From positions 32,172-96,171 of the forward strand of contig LBWJ01000007.1 in assembly GCA_000993595.1 (NCBI GenBank): 64,000 nucleotides of DNA, written 5' to 3'. The position numbers were made by a program, and so were the translations under genes. Origin of the DNA: Candidatus Peregrinibacteria bacterium GW2011_GWC2_39_14 (GTDB lineage Bacteria > Patescibacteriota > Gracilibacteria > UBA1369 > UBA12463). Numbering within the stretch: the first letter of the stretch is position 1; the number at the start of each line of letters is the position of its first letter. This document shows positions 53,649-63,238 of this stretch, in pieces. The notes beneath the pieces are model-generated. The model saw only the letters and a program-made list of their open reading frames with translations. It was not told where the DNA came from and did no database searches.

Positions 53649-55490
53649 ATGGATATGTTATCACTATTTACGAAAAAATCAGGGAACAGGGACAATTACG
53701 ACCTGGAGAGAATTCTATTCACTCTGGAAAAACCGGGTTTAAGTAAGTCTGCAAAAAGTGCGATGAAGTCGCATATTTTAGCTAATATTAAGGCGCAAGA
53801 AATGTTGCCTCAGTCTTTGGATAGTTTTGCGCAAAATATTGCAAAAGTATCTGCGACCGTGAAAATGAGTTCATATGTTAAGAATCTTATTAAAAGTCAG
53901 ATTATTGAAAGGATCGAAAGTATCGGAGAATTTAGATGGGCTTATCAATATAAATTCGCTTTTAAAAGAGCTTTAAGTGCTGGTCTTGCGGTTTTGGTTG
54001 TTGTTACGGGTGCTTTTTCATTTATTCCGGGCAAAGAAAATATTGTTTTCGCAAAGCCTTCAACTGTTTTGACAGAGATTACAGGTGACGTTTCAATTGT
54101 GCGTAATGAAAAAGAAATCAAAGCCGAAAACGGCTTTATTTTATATCAAGACGATGTTATTGATGCGCGCATCGGTACGGCAACAATTCAGTATTTCGAT
54201 GGGAGCATAAGCAGATTAAACGAAAATACAAAAATCAAATTTTCAAGACTGGATACGGATGAATTTGGAATAAATACTTCTGTTGAACTCGATGTTGATC
54301 ATGGTCAAATGTGGGCGATGGTTTTTGATCTTTTTGGGAACTCTTTATTTAAAGTTCGTGCAAACAAAACAACTGCCGATGTTGTTGATAGAGCAACTTT
54401 TTCTTTTATTGCAAACAAAAATTCATCTGAGGTTGATGTCTACCATAACGTTGTTGATGTTTCAGTTGGATTAAACGGTTTTTCTGATACAAAAACGGTT
54501 TTGAAAGGATATAAAGCTGTTGTGAATTCAAGTTATGTTTCCCTTGTTTCCAAAAAAACTTTAAAGCAAGGCGAAAAAGAATGGATTAAGGATAATTTGA
54601 AAAAAGATAAGGAATATATTGCGCGTGTTGCGAATGAGCAAACAAAACTTGCTTCAGACCCTGTTTCAGATCTTAAAGAAGATGCATCTCTTTATTTATC
54701 GTTCAGTGATACCGAAACATTACGTTTAAAGCTCAATTTGGCCGATAATAAGATGGCTCTGGCTTCATCTTTGATGAATGCCGGTAAAATTGACGATGCA
54801 AGACAAACTTTGTCTTATTTGAAGGATGTTGTTGCGGAAGCAAAGGTTAAAATAGGCGAACTTAAATTGGTAAATTCTGAAGAGGCGACTAAGATGGAAA
54901 GCCTTGTCAGCGAAAGATTGATGAGATACAAGAAAGACTTGTCATTTGTTACGCCTGATTCTCCTTTGTATGAGGTTAAAGATTCGATTCGCGATATGGA
55001 AATGTCGGTTGCGGATAATGATGAAAGCAAAGTTAAATTGATGTTTGAAAAAGCGTCTTCTAAGCTTCTTGAAGCTCAAGATTTGCTTGATAATCAAAAA
55101 TTTGAAGATGCAAAATCCAATCTTGAAGACTTGAAAGTGATTATTGCCGATATGCAAAAAGCGGATTTTTCAAAAAATCCTGAAATGGCAAAAGAAGTTT
55201 TAAATAAAAATGCGGATATCGTGAAAATGTTAACTCTTATTGAAAACAGCTTGGAATCTTCTGATTTGAAGAAAGAGGTTGCAAGCGTGAAGAATTCTTC
55301 AGTTCAAACGATTATGGATACCGCTGTTCAGGCAAATGGTGAAAAATCAGCTGAAGATGTTAATACATTTGTTAGAATATATGATCAACTTGGCCCTTCA
55401 AATTCTTCTGTTGAAGAAGGGGACGATGTTGATTCCCCAAAGATTAATCTTTTTCATGAATTAGATTCGTCCGACAAATCCAATAATTAA
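53649..55490 (+). CDS. Putative anti-sigma factor: single TM, FecR-like domain, long coiled-coil C terminus
   Basis: 613 aa, starting 29 nt after the sigma gene. TM helix at ALSAGLAVLVVVTGAFSFI. A FecR-like block follows (GDVSIVRNEKEIKAENGFILYQDDVIDARIGTATIQYFDGSISRLNENTKIKF). The anti-sigma role is inferred from position and architecture. Confidence 0.55.
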   Translation: MDMLSLFTKKSGNRDNYDLERILFTLEKPGLSKSAKSAMKSHILANIKAQEMLPQSLDSFAQNIAKVSATVKMSSYVKNLIKSQIIERIESIGEFRWAYQYKFAFKRALSAGLAVLVVVTGAFSFIPGKENIVFAKPSTVLTEITGDVSIVRNEKEIKAENGFILYQDDVIDARIGTATIQYFDGSISRLNENTKIKFSRLDTDEFGINTSVELDVDHGQMWAMVFDLFGNSLFKVRANKTTADVVDRATFSFIANKNSSEVDVYHNVVDVSVGLNGFSDTKTVLKGYKAVVNSSYVSLVSKKTLKQGEKEWIKDNLKKDKEYIARVANEQTKLASDPVSDLKEDASLYLSFSDTETLRLKLNLADNKMALASSLMNAGKIDDARQTLSYLKDVVAEAKVKIGELKLVNSEEATKMESLVSERLMRYKKDLSFVTPDSPLYEVKDSIRDMEMSVADNDESKVKLMFEKASSKLLEAQDLLDNQKFEDAKSNLEDLKVIIADMQKADFSKNPEMAKEVLNKNADIVKMLTLIENSLESSDLKKEVASVKNSSVQTIMDTAVQANGEKSAEDVNTFVRIYDQLGPSNSSVEEGDDVDSPKINLFHELDSSDKSNN

Positions 55491-56516
55491 GCCGACTGCG
55501 GCAATGAATCCGCCGATAATCCAGAATCTCATTACGATGCTTGCTTCGCTCCATCCCATGTGTTCAAAGTGATGGTGGATTGGCGCTATGCTGAAAACCT
55601 TTCTATGAAATAGTTTTTTTGAAGTGAGTTGGATTATTACCGAAAGCATTTCGATGACGAAAACAAGGCCAATGATAGGCAAAATAAGTACTGAATCCGT
55701 TAGCATTGCGATTACGCCAAGCGTACCTCCGAGTGCGAGTGAGCCCGTATCTCCCATATAGAATTTTGCCGGTGGAACATTGAACCATACAAAAGCGAAA
55801 AGCGCGCCTGCTATAACGCCACAGAATGCGGCTAAAATTAATAAACTCTGTGTGTAGGCGATTGCTCCAAAAGCCGTGAAGGCGATGATTAGAAGTCCGC
55901 CTGCGAGTCCATCGAGTCCATCTGTTACGTTGACTGCGTTTGCTGTCCCGACAATTACGAAAATGAATATTGGAATATAAAGCCAGCCGACTCCGATGCT
56001 TCCCATGAACGGAATGTGAATTTGGTTATAATCCAGTTTAAAGAAAAACCAAAGCGCTCCCGCTGCTGCGAATATTAACAGCCATAGCATTTTTGTTTTT
56101 GCACGGATTCCTTTTGAGCCTGTGCCTTTTACGTTAATGTAATCATCAACTAAACCAAGGATTGCCATTGTAACGAGCGTGAAGATTGGTACCCAGGTTT
56201 CTTTTCTATTTAAAAGGGATTTATCTGTTATTCCGAGAGCCGAAGTAAGTCTTGAAAGTGCAACTACGATTAAAATACTGCCCCAAATTATGATTCCGCC
56301 CATTGTTGGTGTGCCTGATTTTTTGGCATGCAATTGATGAAATAACGTTGCTTTTTCTCCACTCATCGCGTCATCACGAATTTGTTTTTTGATTCCATAT
56401 TTTTCAATAAATTTCATGAAAAATGGAGTTAGAATCAGAGCTATGATGAAAGATATTATTTCTGCGCTGAAAATGAACGTTAAATGCCTTATTGTGTCTG
56501 TGTTTATGTATTGCAT
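55461..56516 (-). CDS. mraY: Phospho-N-acetylmuramoyl-pentapeptide transferase MraY
   Basis: GTPTMGG, DDYINV, NAVNVTDGLDGLAGG, MGDTGSLALGG and APIHHHFE motifs. The ATG at 56516 (MQYIN) is preferred over the ORF-track start at 56597, which would overlap the upstream gene. Confidence 0.95.
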   Translation of the reverse strand: MQYINTDTIRHLTFIFSAEIISFIIALILTPFFMKFIEKYGIKKQIRDDAMSGEKATLFHQLHAKKSGTPTMGGIIIWGSILIVVALSRLTSALGITDKSLLNRKETWVPIFTLVTMAILGLVDDYINVKGTGSKGIRAKTKMLWLLIFAAAGALWFFFKLDYNQIHIPFMGSIGVGWLYIPIFIFVIVGTANAVNVTDGLDGLAGGLLIIAFTAFGAIAYTQSLLILAAFCGVIAGALFAFVWFNVPPAKFYMGDTGSLALGGTLGVIAMLTDSVLILPIIGLVFVIEMLSVIIQLTSKKLFHRKVFSIAPIHHHFEHMGWSEASIVMRFWIIGGFIAAVGLIIGFVGRI

Positions 56517-56520
56517 ATTT

Positions 56521-57414
56521 TTACCAGGTAAAGTTATTAAATGTCCAATCAAGTAATGTTTGTGTTTCTTTAAAACGATCCGGGCTGTCCAGTACAACAG
56601 TTATTATATCATTTCCGTATGAATTTTCCGCCGCGCTAACAAAAGAGAATCCGGCTTCCATTGTGTGGCCGGTTTTAAGGCCTTTAATTCTTTTATCTTT
56701 TCCAAGAAGATTATTTGTGCTTTCCAGCTTGTGTTTTATCTTGTTGTCGATTGATGATATTTCCATCTTTGAGGTTGATGCCGCTTGTCTTATAAAAGGT
56801 TTTTTGTATGCGATTCGAGCTAGAATCGCGATGTCTTTTGCGGTGGAGTAGTTGTTTTCATCATCGAATCCGACCGGATTTGAGAATTTTGTTGATTTTA
56901 AGCCGAGCATTTCTGCTTTTCGATTCATCTTTTCTATAAATTTTTCAGCTGAACCGGCGTTGTGTTCCGCGAGTGCGTAAGTCGCATCATTAGCCGAATG
57001 AATTATTGATGCATAAAGGAGGCTTGCAACTGTGATTTTTTCGCTTGGATAAAGCCATATTTTTGATCCGTCGGTTTTTGCCGCTTTATCGCTTACTATA
57101 GCCACTCCGTTTAATGAATTTTCATCAAGAATTATGGAGTCTGTCATGAGTTTTGTGATGCTTCCGATTGGTCGTCTTTCATCTGCGTTTTTTTCATATA
57201 AAATTTTTCCGGTGTTTAGATCCATAACTACAATGGATTTTGCGCCCAGTTCCAGCGGGGTTAGATTTTCTTTTTGATAAGGTTCAGGCAGGATGTTTAT
57301 TATTGAAGAGTACTCCTGGTTGATTGTTTGAGGCGTTTCTTGTGCCGCAAAAATATTAGCCGAAGCTGTGTGTAGTAAGCTTGAGAGGTATAAATTGAGA
57401 AGAGTTAGTACCAT
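56521..57414 (-). CDS. D-alanyl-D-alanine carboxypeptidase (serine-type, peptidase S11 / PBP5-like)
   Basis: 297 aa with a signal-like N terminus. SxxK (GSITKLMT), SxN (HSANDA) and KTG (LKTGHT) motifs are present. Confidence 0.88.
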   Translation of the reverse strand: MVLTLLNLYLSSLLHTASANIFAAQETPQTINQEYSSIINILPEPYQKENLTPLELGAKSIVVMDLNTGKILYEKNADERRPIGSITKLMTDSIILDENSLNGVAIVSDKAAKTDGSKIWLYPSEKITVASLLYASIIHSANDATYALAEHNAGSAEKFIEKMNRKAEMLGLKSTKFSNPVGFDDENNYSTAKDIAILARIAYKKPFIRQAASTSKMEISSIDNKIKHKLESTNNLLGKDKRIKGLKTGHTMEAGFSFVSAAENSYGNDIITVVLDSPDRFKETQTLLDWTFNNFTW

Positions 57415-57431
57415 GTATTTTGTTTAAATCT

Positions 57432-60400
57432 CTACTTTTTTATAGGTTTTGGAGAGATAGTAGGTTTACTTATGGAGTCGCTTTGCGACGTTTTATTCGT
57501 ATTGGCCTGTGCTTCGCTTTGCGCAGCGGCCTGTTCTCGCTGATATAATAGCGCTGCGTATTCATCATAAGGGTCTTTGATTGGATTTTCAAAATAATCA
57601 GTTCCAATTTCAATCAAAATGTCGGCATTGCTTTGGAATGGAGGCTCTGTGTATTCAATAGGAATTGCGTTTGAAGTTTTGCCCGGAATTAATTCTTGCA
57701 AGAGGCTTACAAAATCTTTATCAACAGTATCTTTAATGTAATAAGTGGTTTTTTTGACGGTATTTGTTTTTGCGTTGCCAAACCTAACAACGTTTAAGCA
57801 ATATCTCGTGAAAAGAGATTTTAATTTTGTTGCGGTAGGATAAACCGTACCGTTTAAAATTTGTATTCGATAGTCTTTGTGTGCTAATTTTGCGTTATTT
57901 AAAACCAAATCGACTGTTTTTTGCATGTGTGTATATTTGTTTCCGGCAGGAATCAAAACATACGCGCCTCCATATAATTCTTTGTCGCCCGGAACAAGCC
58001 ATCCACCGCATAATGAAGGGTCGTCGCTGAATTCGTATGATTTAATGACTTGAGTGCTTCCCATCTCTGAAGCGATTTTTACGAGTGTGATTATTTCTCT
58101 TGTAGTTAAGCTTGTTTCTATGTTGTTTTTTAATGATAGAAATATGTCTTCGATTTTACTTTCATCAAAGTTTTCTTTTTTATTTAAGACTTTGTCTTTG
58201 ATGGCGTTTATTATTAATCTTTGTCTTTTATCTCGATCAAAGACGCTTGTTGATTGACGTGATCTTGCGTATTTTAAGGCTAATTCGCCATCCATGTGGT
58301 GCCAGCCAGCATCAACATGTAAAAGTTCATACCCGGTTGTTCCCGCCTTTGGATACATTGGGTCATCAAGGGTTGTATCAACGTAAACATCGATGCCACC
58401 GATTGAATCTATCATTTTCTCAAATCCTGAAAAATCTATTTTTGCATAATAATGGATTGGGATTCCCATAAGCTCTTCAACTGCGGTTTTTGTTATATCC
58501 AAGGCTTTTTCGGAATCTTTATAGTAAGCTTTTGAATACACATAAACTGCATTTACTTTTTCACCCCCAAAGTTATTTCCGATGTCTTTTACTTTTACGA
58601 ATACGTCTCTTGGCAAAGAAAAGAGACTTGTGATTTTGCTCTCTTCGTCAATGCTGGCGATTAACATTGTGTCCGTTAGATCAGCTCCGTCATGCACTCC
58701 GCCGCCAATTCCCATTAATAGTATATTTGTGTGGTTGTATGAATCTGTATCCAGTTTTTCGCCAAAAAAGAAGACGACATTTGTGACACTGACGTTAAAT
58801 ATCAGTTTTAATAAAAAGAAAAATATAAATATTGCCAAAAATATTTTTACTCCTTGTTTGATATAACTTAAAAGGAGAGAGGATTTTTTTTCCATGTGAT
58901 TGTTATTGTAGTTTTTTTTGCTCGTTACGTCAAAATAATTGTTAGCTTTATTTCGCCGAGAGTTGTTATTCGTTATTTGTTTGTTTATATTTTCATTTAG
59001 ATAATTTGTCGTGTTTTGCGAATATATAAATAGCTTGATTGTTTGGCTTGATACAAGCTTTTTAACATCATCTTGAAGTGATTCTCCCGTGTTTGGAGAC
59101 GTGAAGGCCGTGAAGTTGCTTTGCGCCATTTTATCGCTCCATGACGCCGCAATTACAGATAGGTTTGTGTCTGAAATTAAATCTGAAAGTCCGGCGGCTT
59201 GTCTTTTTGTGTTGATGTAAGACAGGAGTTCGTTTGTTAATCGTGGTATGTCTTGTAAAGTTAGTGGGTTTTTTGAGAATTCTTCGGTAATTAAGATTAA
59301 TCCTTGTGCATCTTTTGTGAATCCAAAGCCAACTTTTGTCCAATCGGTATATAAAACATTTTTTCTGTGCGATGGACTGCGCATAAAGCCTTCAAATCCT
59401 TCCGCCAAGCTTGATACACGTGCTATGTTTTCTCCAACTTCAGTTGAAATATTGAGTGCGATTCTTCTGTCATTTGGAGTTTGCCCTTGCAGATTTATAT
59501 GGCTGAAATATGCATTTTTTGCCATGTCGTCCGAGTGTTTTTGTGCGAGTTCATTAAGCTTTGTGTCCACTGAAACAGCTTGTAGTCCAAGATTTTGACG
59601 TGCCGTGTTTGTCCAGTTTATAAATTTATTTTGCGCGTCTGTAATGGTTGTGTCCGGATTTGAATCTATTTTTTCAATATCTGAAAAGTCAGGCAAGAAG
59701 GGGATTCCTGTGCCAATGTAGATTGGAGTATTTATTACTGTTTCGCCTCCAACTTCGCTTATTCCAAGAACATATGTTCCACTTGTGGTTGGCGTGTATG
59801 ACAAGGCATATTGACTACCTTTCTTAAAAGCGTTTTCTCCGTTTACAAGCATTGGGCTTGAAGGAGAGGTTATATTTAAGCTTTCAACTGTTCCATTTGG
59901 TTTTATGATGTGTGCTTCTTCAAGAATGTCTGTGTTTGTTATTCCGGATATTATTATTTGTCGTGCAAAGGGGATGGTTGTTTGCAAGCCGGAAGATGAT
60001 ATTTTCGTTTGATTATTTTTTTCAAAAAGATGGCGTATTGCCAAGAATGTTGTTTCTGAGGCTGTGCCGTTATTATCGATTACCATGCGAACTGTTCCCG
60101 GGCTGAATTTATAAAAATCTTCAAAGAAAATTTCAAAGTTATCTTCTTTTTGTCTGACTATGTAATAAAAAGAATTTGTATTTTGTGAGAATGTGATTTT
60201 CGTGGTGGTTTTTTCGTCTTTATTTAGCGGTATATAGGTTTTATTGCCGGATGAATATATTCTTGGGGCTATTGCTGAACCTGCTTGTTCTCCTGAATTT
60301 ACCGATGGAGTTGAATCTAAAACCGATATGTTTACAACTTTGCTTGATCCTTGAGTTCCGGGGATTATTCCGATTAAATAATTTCCCGGATATCTGAATA

Positions 60401-61316
60401 TAACCGGAATTTCGAAGCTTCCGTTTTCAACTTTTACGCTGAATTCAATGCTTTTGTCGTTATTGTAAGCGTCTTTATATGATAAGAATGCAAAAATTGT
60501 GCTGAATGTGCCGCTTGTTATTGTTCCTTTGAATTTATAAACTTCATTTTTATAAAAGATTGTTTGGAAATCTGAATCCAAAGTTATTCCATCAAAAAAG
60601 TTTTTATTTATTGTTGAAAATGCAACCGGACTTTGCGCTTGCATTTGCGGAATTGTTGGTGTGATTATTGGCTTAAAGACGTCATTTACTGTGGATATTG
60701 TTGTTGGTGTTGTCGGTGCGTTTTGGACTTTTACGATTTTGAATATTTCTTGCTTGGACGTTCTATAAATAATTTCAGAAGTGAGTCCGCGTGTTATTGG
60801 AATATTTGGATTAAAAACATTTTCATCTATTAGATATTTTTGTTGTGCGAAATTTGAATATGGCAAATACCATTCGCCGGACGTGCTTACGATTTTCCAT
60901 TTTTGAGCGATCCCGATTATTTTGAGCGCTTCCGCTTGATTTATGGGTTGTGCGGGTCTGAACGTTCCGTCCTTATATCCCGTAATGATTCCTTCTGAAG
61001 CGGCCTTTTTTACATATGGTGTATACCAAGCATTTTCCGGTACGTCTTTAAATGAAATGCTTGAGGTGGAATTTAAATCATATCCGGAGCTTAGAACTAT
61101 TATTTTCAAGAATTCCGCTCTTGAGACAGGATTATCCGGCTTAAAAGTTCCGTCCTCATATCCTTTAATTATGTTATAAGATTCGAGGTAATTTATTGCA
61201 TCTGAATATGGGTTCGTGGCTTGTATGTCTGCAAAAAATGCATATGTTGTTTGTGGTGCCGTGAATGTGACCAGCAAACAAGCTATCGCTAAAATTATTG
61301 ATGATATTTTGCGCAT
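57432..61316 (-). CDS. Composite envelope protein: signal peptide, SLH repeats, CAP/SCP domain(s), TM helix, LytR-CpsA-Psr (LCP) domain
   Basis: 1294 aa. SLH motifs (FADIQATNPYSDAINYLESYNIIKGYEDGTFKP; FKDVPENAWYTPYVKKAASEGIITGYKDGTFRP). CAP motifs (AQKHSDDMAKNAYFSHIN...FMRSPSHRKNVL). An internal MEKKSSLLLSYIKQGVKIFLAIFIFFFLL TM segment is followed by LCP motifs (NILLMGIGGG...DTMLIASID...FSLPRDVFV). This may be two genes fused; see findings. Confidence 0.8.
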   Translation of the reverse strand: MRKISSIILAIACLLVTFTAPQTTYAFFADIQATNPYSDAINYLESYNIIKGYEDGTFKPDNPVSRAEFLKIIVLSSGYDLNSTSSISFKDVPENAWYTPYVKKAASEGIITGYKDGTFRPAQPINQAEALKIIGIAQKWKIVSTSGEWYLPYSNFAQQKYLIDENVFNPNIPITRGLTSEIIYRTSKQEIFKIVKVQNAPTTPTTISTVNDVFKPIITPTIPQMQAQSPVAFSTINKNFFDGITLDSDFQTIFYKNEVYKFKGTITSGTFSTIFAFLSYKDAYNNDKSIEFSVKVENGSFEIPVIFRYPGNYLIGIIPGTQGSSKVVNISVLDSTPSVNSGEQAGSAIAPRIYSSGNKTYIPLNKDEKTTTKITFSQNTNSFYYIVRQKEDNFEIFFEDFYKFSPGTVRMVIDNNGTASETTFLAIRHLFEKNNQTKISSSGLQTTIPFARQIIISGITNTDILEEAHIIKPNGTVESLNITSPSSPMLVNGENAFKKGSQYALSYTPTTSGTYVLGISEVGGETVINTPIYIGTGIPFLPDFSDIEKIDSNPDTTITDAQNKFINWTNTARQNLGLQAVSVDTKLNELAQKHSDDMAKNAYFSHINLQGQTPNDRRIALNISTEVGENIARVSSLAEGFEGFMRSPSHRKNVLYTDWTKVGFGFTKDAQGLILITEEFSKNPLTLQDIPRLTNELLSYINTKRQAAGLSDLISDTNLSVIAASWSDKMAQSNFTAFTSPNTGESLQDDVKKLVSSQTIKLFIYSQNTTNYLNENINKQITNNNSRRNKANNYFDVTSKKNYNNNHMEKKSSLLLSYIKQGVKIFLAIFIFFFLLKLIFNVSVTNVVFFFGEKLDTDSYNHTNILLMGIGGGVHDGADLTDTMLIASIDEESKITSLFSLPRDVFVKVKDIGNNFGGEKVNAVYVYSKAYYKDSEKALDITKTAVEELMGIPIHYYAKIDFSGFEKMIDSIGGIDVYVDTTLDDPMYPKAGTTGYELLHVDAGWHHMDGELALKYARSRQSTSVFDRDKRQRLIINAIKDKVLNKKENFDESKIEDIFLSLKNNIETSLTTREIITLVKIASEMGSTQVIKSYEFSDDPSLCGGWLVPGDKELYGGAYVLIPAGNKYTHMQKTVDLVLNNAKLAHKDYRIQILNGTVYPTATKLKSLFTRYCLNVVRFGNAKTNTVKKTTYYIKDTVDKDFVSLLQELIPGKTSNAIPIEYTEPPFQSNADILIEIGTDYFENPIKDPYDEYAALLYQREQAAAQSEAQANTNKTSQSDSISKPTISPKPIKK
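57477..57536 (-). repeat. Full bipartite hairpin element embedded in the 3' end of ORF 57432-61316
   Basis: Module B GTCGC-TTT-GCGAC (57477-57489), linker GTTTTATTCGTAT, module A GGCC-TGT-GCTTCGC-TTT-GCGCAGC-GGCC (57504-57531), then CTGTTC where other copies have CTGTTA (the stop complement). Confidence 0.75.
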
Positions 61317-61368
61317 ATAATTATTATACGCTATAATCAGTTAAAATAATTTTTAACTTTTTTTAAAC

Positions 61369-62349
61369 ATGTCTAAAACGAAAATCGCTTCCATTTTAGT
61401 ACTTTTTTTGATGTTTTCAGTCGTTACGGGGTGTAATTTATTCAATAAAGAGCCGGCAAAAACGCCTGAAGAGGTTGTTAGGTCCGCGATGATAAATTCT
61501 CAAAATATCAAAACCGCTACCGTTAATGTTGTAATGAATGGTTCTGTAGTTAATGAAGCCGGTGCCGTTAAACAACAAGTTGATTTGAACCTTAATGTCG
61601 CCGAAAAATTTGATATAAATGACGCTAAAAATCCAAAACTTGATATTGATATGGCCGGTGACGTTACGATTGAAGGCAAGAAATATAATGGAGAAGTTGG
61701 TCTTCGCATGATGAATCGAAAAATGTATTTTAGCATTTTGAAATATCCTGATCCAAAAGAATTTCCTGATATGGCCATGGTTGCGACGTTTGCTGATAAA
61801 TGGTTTTTCCTTTCAATGGATGAGGTTGGGCAAACGGTTCCTTTGATGTCTCTTGATGAAGCTTCAATGACTCCTGAAATGAAACAGATAAAGAAAGAAG
61901 CTCAAAAGACAAATTTTTTCAAAGATTTGAAATATGTAGGAACCGAAGATGCTTCAGGTGAAAGCGCTTATAAATACACAGGATCTATTGATATGGATAA
62001 GGTTTATGCCTTTATTGATAAGATTTCTGAAATAAATAAAAAGACTCAAACTGAAGAAGAAAAAGCTCAGATTAAGAAGGCGTTGTCCGGTTTGAATATT
62101 CCGCTTACGCTTTGGGTTTCAGTTGACGATGAGGTGATGCTTAAAGTTGCAGGTACTATAAATTATAATGATGCAGATACTAAGGTTTCTGCAAAAATTG
62201 ATTTTACTTCAGATGTACTTGGAATTGGTAAGGACGTTGTTATTGAAGAACCAAAAAATCCTGTTGATTTAAAACAGGTTATTTCTTCAATGATGGGTGG
62301 CGCTGCTGCCGGAGCTGATGATGTTGTTCTTCCCGCTCCTACAAAATAA
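61369..62349 (+). CDS. Hypothetical lipoprotein
   Basis: 326 aa. Signal peptide with a lipobox-like VVTGC (MSKTKIASILVLFLMFSVVTGCN). No family recognised. Confidence 0.6.
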   Translation: MSKTKIASILVLFLMFSVVTGCNLFNKEPAKTPEEVVRSAMINSQNIKTATVNVVMNGSVVNEAGAVKQQVDLNLNVAEKFDINDAKNPKLDIDMAGDVTIEGKKYNGEVGLRMMNRKMYFSILKYPDPKEFPDMAMVATFADKWFFLSMDEVGQTVPLMSLDEASMTPEMKQIKKEAQKTNFFKDLKYVGTEDASGESAYKYTGSIDMDKVYAFIDKISEINKKTQTEEEKAQIKKALSGLNIPLTLWVSVDDEVMLKVAGTINYNDADTKVSAKIDFTSDVLGIGKDVVIEEPKNPVDLKQVISSMMGGAAAGADDVVLPAPTK

Positions 62350-63096
62350 TGAAAATTCGTTCCACGTTATATCGAAAAATTTACTGAAAGTTTCGACCGC
62401 CAGCTTGTTGTCGATTAATATTACAGATTCGCTTTTGTGCGATATTATAGACATTTTATCGCCATAGATGTTGATTGTTGAGTTTGGCATAAAATTTTTG
62501 CCTATAAATTTTATTTCGCATAATTCGGATACAAAAAAATGCCGCATTTCATCGACATTTTTTTCGCAAGTCATTATTTTTAAAGGGATTTCTTTTGCGA
62601 TGCGTTTTTTGTTGTATTCTTCGAGGTATTGTTTAATTTTTGGAGTTGGAGGTTCGGAAGACAGGATTGATTTTATAGGCGATTTTTCCATTAACATGCT
62701 TTCATATGCGTAAATTATGCCGTTTTCGCCGGTTATTAAATTTATTTGAGGGGCTATGTGGTATTTTGTTTTTAAATTGTTAAAAACGCTTATATTTTCT
62801 GATAAATAAGCAATTTTTGAGCCAAAATCCAGTTGTTTATATTTTAAATGATTTAGGATTATTTTTGGATCCGTTGCTGTATAAAGTTTTAAATTATCTT
62901 TCTTGAGTTCCATCAAGAAGCCTTTTCTTTTTAGGACTTCGATTATTGAATAGGCGGTTGATCTTTGCGTGTTTGATTCATTTGCTATGACGCTTGCTCT
63001 GTTTGTGCCGATTTTTAAATTAGTCAGGTAAATTACCGCTTCTTTTTCGGTAAATCCGATTTCTTGTAATATGTGCTGTAGGTTATCTTGCAGCAT
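62287..63096 (-). CDS. TrmB-family transcriptional regulator
   Basis: 269 aa. The N-terminal HTH (LQEIGFTEKEAVIYLTNLKIGTNRASVIANESNTQRSTAYSIIEVLKRKGFL) fits the TrmB pattern. Its 3' end overlaps ORF 61369-62349 convergently by 63 nt. Confidence 0.65.
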   Translation of the reverse strand: MLQDNLQHILQEIGFTEKEAVIYLTNLKIGTNRASVIANESNTQRSTAYSIIEVLKRKGFLMELKKDNLKLYTATDPKIILNHLKYKQLDFGSKIAYLSENISVFNNLKTKYHIAPQINLITGENGIIYAYESMLMEKSPIKSILSSEPPTPKIKQYLEEYNKKRIAKEIPLKIMTCEKNVDEMRHFFVSELCEIKFIGKNFMPNSTINIYGDKMSIISHKSESVILIDNKLAVETFSKFFDITWNEFSLFCRSGKNNIISSGSSATHH

Positions 63097-63238
63097 GTTT
63101 TGTTTATATTGGCTTTTTAGGCCGTTATCGGAGGTTAAGAATATTTCATGAGGCTTTTTAATGCAATTATTTGACGTTGATTTGTTTTGACAACATAGGC
63201 TCGTTGTTAATGGCCGTAGTCCGTGATATTGATGCCAT

